In this document: positions 26,548-41,986 of the stretch, in pieces
Position numbering within the stretch: the stretch's first letter is position 1
Layout: every line of letters begins with the position of its first letter
Source of the DNA: Trichoplax adhaerens
Lineage: Eukaryota > Animalia > Placozoa
Assembly (NCBI RefSeq): GCF_000150275.1
Contig: NW_002060955.1
Coordinates: 1,098,287 to 1,162,286, forward strand
Direction: 5' to 3'
DNA: 64,000 nt
Program-made: the position numbers and the translations under genes
Notes under the pieces: generated by a model
What the model saw: the letters and a program-made list of their open reading frames with translations, nothing else
The model's database searches: none
What the model was told of the DNA's origin: nothing

Positions 26548-29500
26548 AGATGGCAAAACGTGTGGATTAAGCATCATTAGCACTATGATCTAGAAACGTG
26601 GCCGGATTCATCATTTATACGTTGACAAGATTTGCCAATTGTTTTATCTGACGAAAAGTACCAATTTAATATGAAAGTCAAGTCTTTGTAATATTTTCTA
26701 CAATGTGGTGTTGTAAATAATTTTTGCCCAGTTTCACTATCTCTACTTATATTTCTTGAATACTTTCGCATCTGCCATGGAATTCCCCATAACAGTAACA
26801 ACACTGATGTTAATGTTTTTTCACTTGACTGAGGCGTGGACTAAATGCAATGTATGTAGCAAAGAGAATTATTCTTCACTCTCATACCTCGCTGCATTAC
26901 GTTCGTGAGATACAACTGCTCGATGTAAAGCTTACCAGTTAAGCAGCAAGCTGGATTTCTTCCTACTCAGTATAGATGGTCTGTGACATCAGTTCAACGA
27001 ACACGTAGATTATATAATAAATGATTTAACTAAATTGAATTAAAATAATTATGTGCTGATAAAGTAACATACGTTCAATACTTATTTCTGTGCATGAAAA
27101 TCGCTCAGATAAAGGGTGAGTGTAGATTTTTCTTACAATTTCATAATTGCCATCAGGTCGGCTTATAGTTATTTTTCGTCTAGGGTTTACCGGTATGGTA
27201 AGTTCCTAAAATAGGGTTCATGATTGCGAATACTAGATACCGCAGTAATACTAATCAATCACGACACAAATTTAGGATTCTTACGAAGTTGAATATTAAA
27301 ACTGGAAAAAATTTCAGGTTAAAGCAGATTAAGTAATACTCTTTGTCATTTAAGGACAAATTATTACTATTGTTAGGAGCGCCCCTTACTTCTTAACTAA
27401 CTCGAAATCTGGTAAATTTTAAATGCCAAACAATCTTTTATAAGCGACTTACTGTCATTTTACGCGTAATTAGCCTAATTATATACGTAAGCTATTGAAA
27501 TGGAGTATGGCCTCAATTGAAGATAGTTTCTTAAAAGTACAACATAATATCACATTACGAAGGTAGAAATTGAACTTACACCATGATTGGCTGCAGCATT
27601 ACATAAAAATTTCGCGATTTTACCTGAATAGCCATTGTTGATATTCAGAAAAGGGTAAAGAAAATTTACTTTATTTCATCGAGTAACGTTTGACTTAAAC
27701 AGCGAATACGAAGTATAGAGCCTGTCGTGGTATAGGCTGTATAAGCTGAGATAAACTGAGAAACGATTACTATCTTGGTAAAACTGTTGCTAGTAGATCA
27801 GTGAGTTTTAATGGATGCCTAAACGAATTGGTAATCTTTTATGACACTGACTGATTCTAATACATTAATAGCAACTAGACGATAAATGCGTTTAAATCAG
27901 TTGGATGTAAGTAATAGTTAAGCTAAAAGCTCACGTACATTTTTAGTCAGAACGATGACACCACATTTACTGATGATCTACAGTACATCTTCGTCATGCT
28001 TGCATTAATATAAGCGTACTCGTACACAACTAACAGCCATATAAAAGAATGAGAATAATAATAAGAAGCAATTAAATTTCAGGTCCAGTGTGTCAGCAAG
28101 CCACAAAGAATTTCGTTTTGATGTAGAGTACAAACAACGTATAAAAGTGAAAAAAAATAATTACATCGAATTAAAGAAGTATTCATTTACTGTTTCTATT
28201 GAATAGTACTGTATAATAGCAAGAGCCAGATCAAACCTGCCAATGAAATGTCAAATGTTGAGTTTTATTTTCCAGTACTGGAATACAGATGTTAATGATA
28301 AGAACGATCAATGTTCACTGCCATAAGACAATTTAATTCGTCAATAACAAGCGTAACATAAATAATACTGTATTGAACAAGATCAATAAGACAGATTAGA
28401 TTTCTAAAGTTCAAAGTCGAATATTCTGAACAATTTCTATCTTCAACGGTAGCCGATTTTGAGACAATTTTCAATTTGGTTCAATAATTTCTGTCTTCTC
28501 TACTCCTTGGTCGTTCTGGTATAGTTCTAAACCATTTATAACAATGCTAATTGTTTGAGTTAGCGAAAAATTATCGTTCTCTGTTTATTAACTAATTAGA
28601 TACTTTAATACAAAGCTATGCTATGGTAATATATTGGAATAGATAGTGTTGGAGCTACTGTACATTCGAAGCGAAGGATGTTTTCCGACTGCAATTTTTC
28701 AGTCATCAAATTTAATTGATTCCTTCTTTATATATAACATGGGTTATATAACATATATATATATGTATTTTTATTAAAGCAGCTAGATTCTTTATCATTG
28801 GTACATTGTATTACGAATGTCTACAATAAGGCCAGTAAGTCAATGTTAAAGCCGAGAAACTTATACAAACTGACATATATCAATGATTTAACTTCGAAAA
28901 TGAAACTAGAATCTATTTCGATCACTTAATTCTCTCATATGCGAATTGTTAAATGTTGCTTTTACTTGATGCGATGTTATATTTAACAATTTACACTGGT
29001 GATGAATAGATCAGTAATTTGATAATATGATATAGCACAGATATTATCTCTTTTATTACTAGGATGATATCTAAGTATTGTCATTTATTTTTTGCTACCA
29101 CCTATAGTATGATATAGTCTGTGTTGATCGAATAAGTTTACTGCATACAATCGGGTATAATATCATTTTGATTGCCTACATTATGTCAATATAAAATGAT
29201 CGAAGTTTTGCAAAATTTCGTTTATTATTTCAATTAACAATCACATGGATGCGGTTCAAAACCTTTGAAAACATTGAATTGGATAAAATGTGAAATCTTA
29301 CATGTATTAGTTTATACGATTTTATCAGATACATAACAAGTTGATCTTGTAAATCAAGATCTGAAAGTACATAATTTCTGCAAGTATTGCAATGCCATAG
29401 GTTGTTAAAGACTGAAGGATAATTTTGATATTTTACAATATTCTCTATAAATTTATTTAAGACAGCAAATATAGTTTGTTTATTTGTGTTCGTCCGGTGA

Positions 29501-30714
29501 CTAATTCCGCTGTTTAATTCATCATATTTATTGCAGACATATATTGACGCTATTGTCTGGTTAAATTCCATTGATTCATGACAAAGATACAAATACTGAT
29601 CTATATCCATGAAAAGTCAAGCTTGTCTGACTAAAACAAACCATGTTTCATATATTTGATGAAACTGTAGCAATAACAACGCACTTCATAGAAAAAGACG
29701 ATCATTGGTTTAATCATGTAAACTAGATCAATTTCTAGACTAAAACGAGCGATCTGAAGCCATCGAAGTGTGATTTTTTATTGACATATTAAGATGATTA
29801 TAAATTTATTGATGACTTTCAAAGAAAACATAATCTTCCTTCACTATTAAAAAAATTATATAAACTTTCAGATAAGGTCTAATTGTATGAATGATAAGTT
29901 AACCGTTTGAATTACAACGATAACATAAAATCTGCCTCCTTCAATACCGTTAACGTTACATTTTTAACTCATTTAGATATAGTTTATGGGAACGTATTAT
30001 ATTATTAGTCATTGTATCCTTTAATATCAATTATTCCTTGCATAGTTAGCGGAAGTTATTTACTGCAGGTGTGCTTCACATCCAGGTTTCACCCACGGCT
30101 AATATCATAGAATTTCGAAAGAAAGGACAAGTTCAAAACATTTAATTTCATTAGGACAGAGAAGTTGCTATTTTTATTTCAATACTTACAAAATTTCTCC
30201 TCTTATAAGGTCAATCAGTCTATATTATTTTCTGCTAATGCAAAGCCACATAATACTACTTAATTATCGTTACAATTAATTTAGGTTCTTATTTTATAAA
30301 TCAAATCTGATGTGAAATTTTAATACGAAACAATAATATGGCATCTTTTCTTCAGGGTTGTGATACTGCTTAAAATAGTCGCTCCATCAATTTTTATTTT
30401 AACTTATGCCAGCAAGGGACTTACTTTGAACTAGAATTGGTAATCGTCCATGTGATGATTAATTTCTGCGCCTAATTTGATATAAAAATGAGGCAAATCT
30501 TGTAATAGCTTGCAAATCCGTATATTCCCAGCTACATATGATTCAACAATACAGCCTTGGATATAATCAAATCTAATATTAATACGCTGTTATTACTTTT
30601 TAAAAATAAGCAACATAATTTTACTGATTTCGACATATATTTTAGGTGTCCAATTTATAATAATGATAATATAAAATTTAACCTTAATTATTATGAACTC
30701 ATTCGACTAAAATA

Positions 30715-31010
30715 TTATTTTTATAAATAAATCATATTAGAATAGAATAGTTCGGAGAAGGGTTCGTTGAACAGGAAAGTGGCATGATTGAATATTTGCA
30801 AAGCCGAATTGAATTGGATAATGACTTCGTTAAACAAAGAACTGCATTATGCTATGGTGTGAAATTAGAATTGACATGAACCACAATGAAATATTAACAT
30901 AGAAATTATTAGCTCAATAGCTATTTATGTCATCCTTTTTTGTAGAGATATGACAAGAATATTAGTTATTATCCATCAATAACGTTTAGTGCAGGTGTTC
31001 GAAATTTGAT
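30715..31010 (+). promoter_or_regulatory. Upstream non-coding block conserved with the paralogue (51275-51572)
   Basis: Colinear motifs 'aatattt(g/a)caaagc', 'attggataa', 'ggt(g/a)tg(a/g)aat(t/c)agaattga', 'acaatg(a/g)aat', 'tcaataa', 'caggtgttcgaaat' at similar distance from both ATGs. Confidence 0.65.
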
Positions 31011-31124
31011 TGAATACTAAATAAGTCATACAAATTTATGCATGAAATGATATATATATAAATGACCAAATATCGTATTTAAATTAATTTATCGTTCAGA
31101 TCATAAAAATACATTGACGCAATA

Positions 31125-34100
31125 ATGAGATTGGCTATTTGGATCTGCATTTTTTTCATCTTCGGTTCAATGCAAGAATGTCTCTGTCAAAAAAACCTTA
31201 CAATTATATGTTTAATACCTTTCATGTCACCCAACTCGGCTAGCAGATTTCTATATACTGCTGCAAGAACAGCGGTTCGCGATGTTAATCAAGCAAATAA
31301 TATTTTATCAAATTATCAATTGCAGATTGAATTTCATGATGGTCAGGTAATGCATAAATAGTAACGGTAATGTTATACGTGTAATCAGCAAGAAAAGTTT
31401 GATTTTATGTATATCTTCATTGGCTAATAAAAACCTGAATAATTGCAGTGACAATAAATATAGAATAGACTTTTAATTCTTGACTACTTAAATGATTTTA
31501 TGACTTATAAATAGTATTGTAGACGTAATAACTTTCCATCAGCAAAAATGCATCATCTTTAATTTTATGTCATGATAAATGAATGCATGGATGGATTTTT
31601 TTCGCTGAAATGTTGAAATTATATCATAGATTGCATCCTATCTCATTCAGGATCACATCAATTTATCCCATCCACAATTACACTTAGCAGAAGATCTACA
31701 TGAATATGAGGACAACATTGCACCACCTTCTATTGAATTCTGATCTACGGACTGAATTACTTCCAACAGTTATAAAAACATTCAATTTTTAGTTTATAAA
31801 TTACTTGTACATAGCTAGTTGTTGATAAAATCATCATAGATTCACATTGTGTAGTACAATAGCGAAATTAAGGGGTTATAAGTAAATAATTTCTTGGTAT
31901 TAATCGTGTAAATATCAACGACGTGCTTGAAAAGAAAGTCATTCCATAAACTTATTGATACTTTTTGTACCAGCTTCTGTAAAATTCATAGATCAATTAA
32001 TCGACCAGGTTAATTTTGTTATTAAAATGACTGTAATAGTAGATAGTCGATGTGGAGTCTTTCACTACAATTGGTAGTTTAGTAAGTTCAGTGACGTCGT
32101 AATATGCATTCATAGTGCCAGAGCTAATATGATTATATTGAATGAGTTAATTACAAAAATGACGGTTAATTTTTACTAGAATACCCTAGTGACCGAAAAA
32201 TCATCTATTTACTCCTTCAGCTTTATTTTTCAGTATCAAGCAAAATTGCAAGTAAATAAACCTGGACTGGGAACCTAATTATTTGTTTATTGATTTTTAT
32301 ATACGATAATAATGCAAAAATTAATATTTCTAGAATTAGCAACTATTAAATAATATAGCTTTGTCTCAAAACAGCTTTGCAACAAGATAATGGAATATAC
32401 GATCAATAAGTCAATTCCTTGAACCACGTATCAAGGAACGATATCTGTACTATCGCAAACACTTTTGCTCTACTAGCAGACTACACAAAGACTTAAACGC
32501 CTCGTATTTTACGTTAAACACTAAGTTAGAGAATTCTCTTTATTTCACGATATACTACATTTATATACTATTCCTCAATAGTTCATGAGTCATAGTTAAT
32601 ACAATTAACCTCGGAATCATTTACTGAATTAGATATTAATTATAGCTACTGCTCCCTTAATGCAGACAACAGTATTTACAAACATAGACATGTAATGACT
32701 AATACAGAATAGTCAGATTACGATATGTCCTATCACGGAACATTTCCATGATAATTTACAATCTAGCATAAGTAAATTACAATCACAATGATTCAAATTG
32801 TAAGTAGATGATTTGCATTCCCTATTATAACTATTAATTTCAGTATGTGTATAAGTGTCACTGTCATAAAAAGTCAGTGCTATATTAAAACACAGTATAT
32901 CCAAATTAGAAGTTAACTAAATAAGGATAGTCTAACAGAATTATCCTAACATAGTTATTTCTACTGTAATACAGCATTTAATACTGTAACAAGCTTGCAT
33001 GCCGCTAGTGCGCAAATGAATCAATCCAACTTTACCGGTCTTTGGTTAACATGATACCTTACTGTATACCAGATAATTAAACATCGTTTTGGAAAATGCA
33101 TTGATTAGTTATATTGCCATGTATTGCCATGATAACGATAGACACGCATCGTATCGTTACTTTGCTTTTTTTGCCTTCGTTATACAATCCATTGATAAAG
33201 AGAGTCCTCTTAAGTTTCCGGTAATATAATTATATTATGTATCGAAATATCATTTATGTATCAGACTATCGAACATAGTTATTTTCACATATAAATTTGC
33301 AAGTTTTTTGCCACTGGTGAAAAAGCTTTCTGGCTTCTAACTTTACGAATATTGCTATCTTAGAAATCAAATAAATATATGCAATGCGTAGTGGCAATAA
33401 CTACTAGTTCTTTATTACAATTAGAATCACAGCGATATTTTGATTACTCCATCTTTAGTCTTGAAATACTTTGCGGCTAAACCCGAATCTTAGTTTTTAT
33501 CCATAACGTAAGGATAAGGCCGAATTAGGTATACATATAATAATGTAGTTAAAGAACGACAAGATGCTAAACAGAAAGTAAATGAACCTCGTGTGGCTCT
33601 TTAAACATATTATTTATTAAACATGTCCATAGAGCTATAAATTGCATTGATATGATAACATTATACTTAAATCAGCGGCATGGGCAGCTAATGTCAGAAA
33701 TTGTAACATATTTGCTTTAAATTAGACTATAGCCGGCTATTATGCATACTTAAAACCGGATCATATACCTGTCTAACGAGATAAATTGTTATACATTATA
33801 CTACTTAAGCATCAAACCATGCTGCTAGAATCCATTATGATACATTACAGTGGAATTGTTACAGTTACCGTAACTAATACTATACTTTTTAGGGTGATGG
33901 ACCATTAACTACCAAACTCTTAATTGATACAATATCGCGTTCGCCAACGAAAATTGCCATTATTGGTCCATTGTTATCAACAGCTGCTGAATATGTTGCA
34001 TCAATTTCAAAATATTGGAATTTAGTGCAGGTTTATGATCAATTTAATGATAGATGCATAGGTTTTACTAGAGTAACCTAAAAATAAAATTAATCCTCCT

Positions 34101-37100
34101 ACATTAAACATGCTATACTACAACTTATTGTAATTATCGGACATGTGTTATTCTAAACATACACAATAACAAATATACGGTACGTACAATAGTCTATTTT
34201 GAACTGAATAATCGTAGAACGTAAAGGCTGCATAAGTCTGGTTGTGCTAACAATATTATTTAAAATCAATTTTCATCTGAAGTATTCCTAAATGTAGATT
34301 TACTTCCTTTCACTCAGGTTGGCTATGCCTCTACTTCCATATCACTGGATGATAGGTCAACATACCCATATTACTTTAGGACATCAGTCACAGAGCAAAG
34401 CTATATTCCTGCAAGAATGACATTTTTTAAGCATTTTAACTGGAAGAAAGCAGGAATTGTGCATAGTTCCTTCGGCACTTATCCAAAGGTAAATACTATT
34501 TTATTTACTGTAGATAAAGTACTGGAGCTCAGAATTTAATACGTTTACATATTATCAGGCACGTAAATCCTGTGCATATTTAATATAGAAATTAGATTTC
34601 TGCCTCCGTTGGAAAGCAAACTTATTTTTAAAGTAGTTTCCTTTTTAGCATTCACGGTATCTTTAAAAATTATACGAATAGAATCATAACTACGACTTTA
34701 GTGAATACATTCATTGGAATAAATTTAGGAGTGACTAAATTTTAATTATTAGCTGAAAAGCTTAAAATAATTACTGTACAATCTGCTAAGCATGTTTATG
34801 AATTTATTTGAAATGATTGAAAGACGCATTGTATGTAGAATACTTGTATTAACGTTCAATTATGTCTCTAAAGTTGGACTGTATAATTTGTTTTATTAAA
34901 TACGGAGTTCTAATGCAAGTAATATAATATAAATAGTGTTGCTGTAACACCACTATTTTTCGAATACGTTTAGAATTACGTTTTCAATGTTTCTAGTTTG
35001 TATTAATGTAGTATTACGTGCAATTTTTTGATTCTTGATTTTTAGTTGGCGTTATTAGTTAAACAAGAAATGAGCAAAGAAAATATTGAAGTGGCGGTAG
35101 TAGAAAGCATCGACAGGGATGGAACGTTTGCTGTGAATAGCTTAAAGGTACACTTTAAGAAGTATTCTTATTATCTAAGAAATCTTTCTGAATTCGATAA
35201 TCGTTAGGATATCGAATTACTTATTTTACTATAAGATAGTAAATGTATAGGCATTGATTTTAGAGAAAGAATGCCAATCGATCTGCCTTAAATCACTTGA
35301 AGCAATAAATTAATCATAAACTGTTGCGCTAATTTTTATAATTTATTTACTGTAAATTAGACATAAAATCTCTAATATTACAGCTTTAAAATTGCTTCTG
35401 AACTATTTCTAGCATACACTTCGCAACCAAATGGATTAGAACTTTAATTATTTCAAATGTCCTTTCTATTAGAATGAAAAGCAAATTTTTAATTATTAAT
35501 CGATGATTTGTTCCGTCTGTTTTAATTTGCTATACAGCTTAAGGATGTACGAATAATTGTATACTTTGGATCAACTTCTGCAGCCAGGCAGTTGATATGC
35601 GTGGTTAGAATTCTTGCTTGCTTTTAATTTTATGTTGTAATTCTGTTATAGCAAACGTATTTTTATCTATTATTATATGTATTTTATGTTTTATGAATAA
35701 ATAATTCGTTTCTTATGTACTGTAGCTAAATAGTTGCTTATGATCTACTTCACAAAACCTTAGTTAGAAAAGCCATCAAGACGAAAATATTGTTCAAAAT
35801 TACCAAAAAAATCGAATCAACATTAGTATATTGTAATTGGGCGCCAGACTTATTGCATTCTCATAACATTAATACCGTAAAAACTATTCATACGTTATAT
35901 AGACGAATTCTGAACGACGCATAGAGTTGATGGCAGCTGCAATAAGAATCTTATTGATCGGTTGACCAGAAACTGTATATTTTTAGCTCTAGGTTTTATT
36001 CACAGCAGTAATATCTTCGTATGAATGTCAAATACTTAATGATTTAAGCAGTTGTGACGGAGTACAGACTCCGTCAATTAATTGTAGCGTTAGTTTTAGT
36101 ACTTAGTAATTAGGATTTTATTAATTGTTAATAACGTTTACTTATTAGGTATTCGATAATTGTAACATTATTAATAGTCTAGCTATACTTGTAGACTCTG
36201 TGCAGAGTAGTCTACTTACAGAGGTGACAAGTAATATTCACACATAGTAATTTCTGTTACTTTGTGCCGAGCCCTTGATTGTTAATTGGCTCTTAATTAG
36301 TTTGTAACTCATTAATGTTGTTTACGCCGTCTGCCAAACTAAACCATATAGACAGTCGGCTATACGAAAGCTATATATTTTTTAGAGTTATTTATCTAAG
36401 CTGTGCACCGAGTGCAACCGAGCTAGGGTATATAAAGTCCGGTGCTCTCATTAGCTGTAGAGTTGACGATTGACCGTGTAGGGTACGCGTGTAGTTAGAG
36501 TAGTCTTAGATGTCAAGACTACCTTGGTTTAATAAACTATTTTAAAAGCCTAAGTCTAGTCTACACTTAGCCCGTTGGGGCATACTTGGCTGTTGTAGCC
36601 TTAGTATTCGTACAGATTCAAAGACCCAGGTTTCCTTGTCGTGGGCTGAACACGACTGCAGTTAGCCTAAGATCATAATAACTTTTAGGTCCTTTATTAT
36701 CCCTGAATTAAAGCAACTATCCTAGTACTAAAAATATTAGATGCAAAATTGTAATAATTGTTATGTTTCAGTACCTAATATACTGTAGTTTTTTGTTAAG
36801 TTACGCCATTCTTATGTTTTAGTAATGGATTTATAGTAAATAAAACGCAATCATGTAAGGAATTTATATCTATATAGACATAGACTGGTCATTAATTGCC
36901 GCATGTACAGATTATTTTGCGTTATATTTTGGCAGAATTAGCAGTTATAAGGTTACTTCAATTTATTTATGGTTTGAACTCTAGTAAAATGAAAGAAATA
37001 TGAGTATCAAAGGTGAAATTAGATGACAATTAATCTTTCATTAGGCTTATCATAAAGGCTACTACGGATCAAAATATGTTTGGTGGTTTCCAGGATGGTT

Positions 37101-40100
37101 TCGCTCAAACTGGTGGAGAGATACCTACGGAACTTATAATTGTAGTTCGAACGAAATATTTGAAGTTATCGGGAATAACTCATTTTACACTACCACACCC
37201 ATTTATTCTACTTCTAATACAACAGCTGTTTCCGGCAAGGTGATCTAGTAAATTTTGCTTTGCTTACTTTTACAGACATTTGCAGAGTATTTCGAACATA
37301 AGAGGAGGGATTATGCTCAGATCATACTGTAGCTCTAGTACCGTATTATCAATCATTTCCTAAACTATAGCATTAATAATAAAATCAGATATGGTTAAGA
37401 AATACCAATATCAATTTTGCAGCAGAAAATCTAAGATTATTTCAGTTATAAAATTTTTAGAGCTGCTATGCTGCTAAAAAGTCTTTAATATCTGTGTTCT
37501 TTAATTATTTCAAAAGGATAAGTCTCTTTTATGTTTGTGAATCGAGAGAAAGATAAATGACAAAAATATCACTTTGATGCAAGATTAAGTACTTGCATTA
37601 CTATTTATAATAAAATTAGTTCTGAAAGTAATCTATCTATCACGGCGTAAGATATATTTCTATGATTTATGATTAAATTATCATGCTTGGTGTAATTAGA
37701 TTGCAAACTAAAACGATCTAATGTCATTAGACTGGTATACAATTTTTTAACGACTTGAACAAATCCATGAATTATACATTTGTGTCCAGCGGTTTTGCTG
37801 ATAAAGTCGGAGCAATATACGATGCCGTCTGGTCTCTTGCATTAGGACTTCATAGAACAGAACGTTATCTGAAAAACATAAACTCATCATTAGAGCATTT
37901 TACTTATGATAATGATCTTATACGATCAGCCTTTGTCAAAGAGATATCAAACTTATCATTTTATGGAGTTACGGTGAGTATATTAAAGTGATGCAATCGA
38001 GATGTGCAATCATAGAAAAGCTTTATCGAGAAAGTAAACACAGAAATTACTTTACCAGCTACAGCTTGCTACGATTAATAATGAATAATAATAAAAAGCT
38101 ATAAACGTAATACTAATTTCAGTTACGAAATGTTAAATTAATTAGTATTACTTTTATAAATTGTTAGCAAATCAATAAAATGCTATATCTTACATTAGGG
38201 GCCTATTTCATTCAAGAAAGGAAACAGCCGTTTAGGCAATGTTATTATTTGGCAATTACAAGGTATTACATAAAAGATGTGGTTAAAATTATCTAATAAG
38301 GTTTCAAAATTTACAAATAATAAGGCAATTCAATAATCTACTTTTGATATACTTCTCAAGATTCTCTTCGTAAAGTTGCCTTTTATGATATTGAAAACAA
38401 TAAAATAAGCATAGAGAATGATTCACTTAAGTGGCCAGGTACTACGAGAACTGTTCTTTATTTTTATTAATTAATCGTTTTTGATAGGCAGATTAAATCG
38501 TGTGATTAACTTTTAATTTATAGATTGTATTACGAAGTGCCTTAAATTTTGATTGCTGAAATATTTTGTTATTTATGGCAGCTAACTGTTGCATTTGTTC
38601 GGCATAATATTAAGGTGGCAAACCTCCTCAAGATCGTTTAATTGTCATCGTTGTCATTAAAACTATTCCTAAAGCATTATTTATCCCATTTAGCATTCTT
38701 AACTGTTTGGGAATTATATTTTCTCTCATTATTATGGTATTCATCGCTGTTAAAAGGCGCAATAGGTATTTCTGTATTTGCGACTTATGATTTATCAATT
38801 TTTTATAGAAACTGTACTAAATTTTTCTGACTATTAAGCATCTTAATTTTCTTTATTCTAATTAGATACATCAAGATGTCAAGTCCTAATTTAAATTACT
38901 TCATTTTGTTTGGTTGCATACTTTGCTATATCTCCGTCATAGTCAATGGCATGGATGCAGGGATTGTAGGTGTCAAAAATAGAAAACATACATGTATAGC
39001 AGAAATTTGGCTATTAAGCTTGGGTTTTACGATTGCCTTCGGTTCGGTAATGTTAAAGACATGGAGAATATACAAAATATTTACTAACGTTGCAAAATTA
39101 AAATTGGTGAGTCCTACCTGCTTACTGATATTTCGCCAGTAACATGTTAATAATGACCATATAGTTCAGTAAATTCGTATTCAATATAATTTGGCAATAA
39201 ATGAAATTTAAAGGGACATTTGTAAGTATACGATCGGTAAATACGGGAAACAAATATAAATAAGCTGATATTAGAGCAATCACTCAACACAGTATTACTA
39301 AATTGCTCGCACGTGAGATGTAATTGATATGTAATTAATGAAAGACACTGAAAGTATACAACATGCAAAAACTAGAATTTCAGCAATTATTGGTATCGCT
39401 ATTTCTTTCTTCAAATCTTGTAAATGATCTACGATAACTAGCTCTACTCATTTTATCCTTCGTAATGCAAAGCAGACTGAAAGTTTTATTGAACATGTTA
39501 ATGTCACAGATTACTAGATTAAAAGCAGAATAAGCAATGGTGACATATAAGCTTATTTGTAACTCATCAATATTCAAACGATATTATCGTTAAAAATGTC
39601 TAAGATATCATTAGTAATGCCCAAATAAAAGCACATACATCATTTCAAAACGGTTATATATTTCATTAGATCGAGTTTCATAAGCATAAGTTAGAGCTGC
39701 CGCTAAATATTTATGTCGTCGTTGATGGAATATCAAAATATTAACCATGCAAACAATATTTCGTTCAAATAATGTTGCAGTTAACGGCGTAATATTGATC
39801 TCGTCATTTTTAGATCATTAAAGACCTACAACTCATTATTCGTCTTGGACAGTTGTTACTTGTCGATATTCTCATCTTGATTTTATGGAATATCATTGAC
39901 CCTATAAGTACCAATGATGTAGACGTTGGAGTAAAAATTGTAAGACTTAAAATGATTTTGGAATAATGCAAACGATTTTTAGTACACTGTAATAATACTC
40001 TCTATTGGTAATTTTAAATCTTCGCTTTATGTCGATTAAACAGTCTTTACTTTTTTTAGCACAACCATAAAGAAATTATACGCGATCGAATTCAAGTTTG

Positions 40101-41814
40101 CACATCCACAAATTCGATCGTTTGGTTAATAGCTATTTTGGCCTATAAGTCTGCAATGTTGCTGTTCGGTGTTAGCTTGGCTTGGAGAACTCGTAAAGTT
40201 TCTATCGAAACATTAAATGATTCTCGCTCTTTAGTATTGACAATTTATAATATATTTGTTTTAAGCTTTACTGGCGTTACCGTTGGTATGGTTTCTAATA
40301 ATACTTATGATATTGGATTCGCTTTGAAAGCAGCATTTATTATCTTGTGTACTACATCATCGATTTGTTTAGTATTTATTCCAAAGGTATGTATGAGATT
40401 ATTATTTCGAATTAAGAATTGCACAGATTTATGAATACAAATTAAAGTTTAATTTTAAGTGCAGTTACAGCCAATAAATCAAGGTTATAGTACTGGATCG
40501 ATTTTGATATGTTTACTTAGATAGTTGTAATACTTTGTTGTCTGGTTTAACATTAGACTATCCCGTCAGCATACTTGCTAGAAACTTTCTAATATTAGCT
40601 GATGCAATATTTATGTCATCAGTTACTACAGGTTAGGATTAACCCGACTCTACCATCTGCGACAACTAAAACAGATAACAAATTTAGTAACAATATGCTA
40701 TCTACATCGATTTCTGGCGAGGCTCAGTTGGAAGTTAGAAAACTGCGATTAATTATCAGAGAGGTAAGCAATCTTTTTTTCGTTGACAATCAAAACCGCA
40801 GCTGATTGTATCTATGATAAAGGGTCAATGCCGTAGCACAAATACTCAGTTAAGAAATCCATGTATCAGTTACCAATGTCGATTTTTAAATCTATTTATA
40901 AAATCACTCGCGGAATTTAAAATAATAACTCATTAAAAATTTGCGGTTCTATTTCAGTTTGATAAGAGTAAGGACAAATACGTGCAGTCTAGTACGTAAA
41001 TTTTGTTTAGTTTTCATAAAAGGGCCAACTTTCGTAGGAATTTAATTACTATACTTGGAAATTGGAAACTTATTTGAATGTTAACTATCCACTTTTATCT
41101 CAAAGTATAAAATTCATTATGCATGATTTTGATAATTGATTCTTAAGAAACTTTCAAGTATGGAAATGCTGTTTCATATATTAGAAGATAACACATTTAA
41201 TACCAATGATATTATATGCTAGTTAAAGTCCAGAATAGTATCGCAATTATCATGAGATAAGTAGTATCATTCAGTTTTTGCAAAGGCAATTCATTCTTGA
41301 TCTGGTTTATATTGATACGATCAATATATTATACCTTAAAATAACTGGAGATAGGTAATAATAGAGTGAGACTGTGTATATCATTAAACTGCTACTGTAG
41401 TTATCCAACATGGATGCATCAAGTGCCGATAAATTTTGTTTCGACTAAGTAGATTAAGTCAATGTTTATAGTCTGCTTATGAATAGTATTCAGTATTAAT
41501 CCTAGAACATCTACAAGCATAAATTGAAGAATATTACTTCGTCTAAGCCAATTATTTTATTAGCTTTGAAGCTGTAATCTAATATATAATTTGAAATCTA
41601 GGCCATTTAACTATTTATCTAAATGTAATATTTATCCAATTTAGTGGTATTTGCTTTAAATGCTTATTGCTAGATAAATGATATTCTACATCTGTAAGTA
41701 ATGAACTATGTTTAATGCTACTCTGAATGAAATTTGCTTGAATTGTATTATATCTAGCAAGAAGAAAAGCTCCAAAAATTGAGCAACCGTACTATACAAG
41801 AAACCGAAAATTAA
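31125..41814 (+). CDS. GABA-B-receptor-like class C GPCR, paralogue 1; 15 exons: 31125-31346, 33893-34030, 34318-34488, 35046-35147, 35538-35603, 37045-37239, 37731-37973, 38199-38262, 38361-38438, 38615-38765, 38866-39106, 39814-39939, 40060-40386, 40623-40763, 41758-41814 (~773 aa)
   Basis: Signal peptide; Venus-flytrap motifs (DVN...IL..Y.L, KYWNLVQVGYAST, YPYYFRT, YGSKYVWWFPGW, YDAVWSLALGL, FYGVTGPISF, W.GGKPP.D); no cysteine-rich domain; 7TM motifs YIKMSSPNLN, FG..MLKTWR, LNDSR, LVFIPK; short coiled-coil tail. All junctions GT-AG and frame-consistent. Confidence 0.93.
32362..32991 (-). mobile_element. Solo LTR (630 bp) in intron 1 of paralogue 1, TSD AGCTT; same family as 45507 and 46221 copies
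   Basis: TGT...ACA termini; AGCTT at 32357-32361 and 32992-32996; highly similar over full length to 46221-46850. Confidence 0.92.
36053..36657 (+). mobile_element. Solo LTR (605 bp) in intron 5 of paralogue 1, TSD GCAGT
   Basis: Starts TGTGAC, ends CACGACT (terminal A>T); GCAGT at 36048-36052 and 36658-36662; TATATAAA at 36429, AATAAA at 36531. The corresponding intron in paralogue 2 is only ~194 bp. Confidence 0.85.
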
Positions 41815-41986
41815 GCGCAAGATAAGGACTCAGCAATCAAGCGATTCTTCTTTGTCTCATATTATCGTTTGATTACCTTACGTGTTATAGTTGTAAAGAA
41901 ATTTATCGAAGAAATTTCATGCTAAAATTAATATTAATACAATCCTATGTTAGTCGCATCAATTTTGGCATTACAGTCAATTCAAC

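Noticed and set aside
29230-29610. 126-aa minus-strand ORF
   Set aside because: No recognisable motif or splice partners; plausible by chance in AT-rich DNA.
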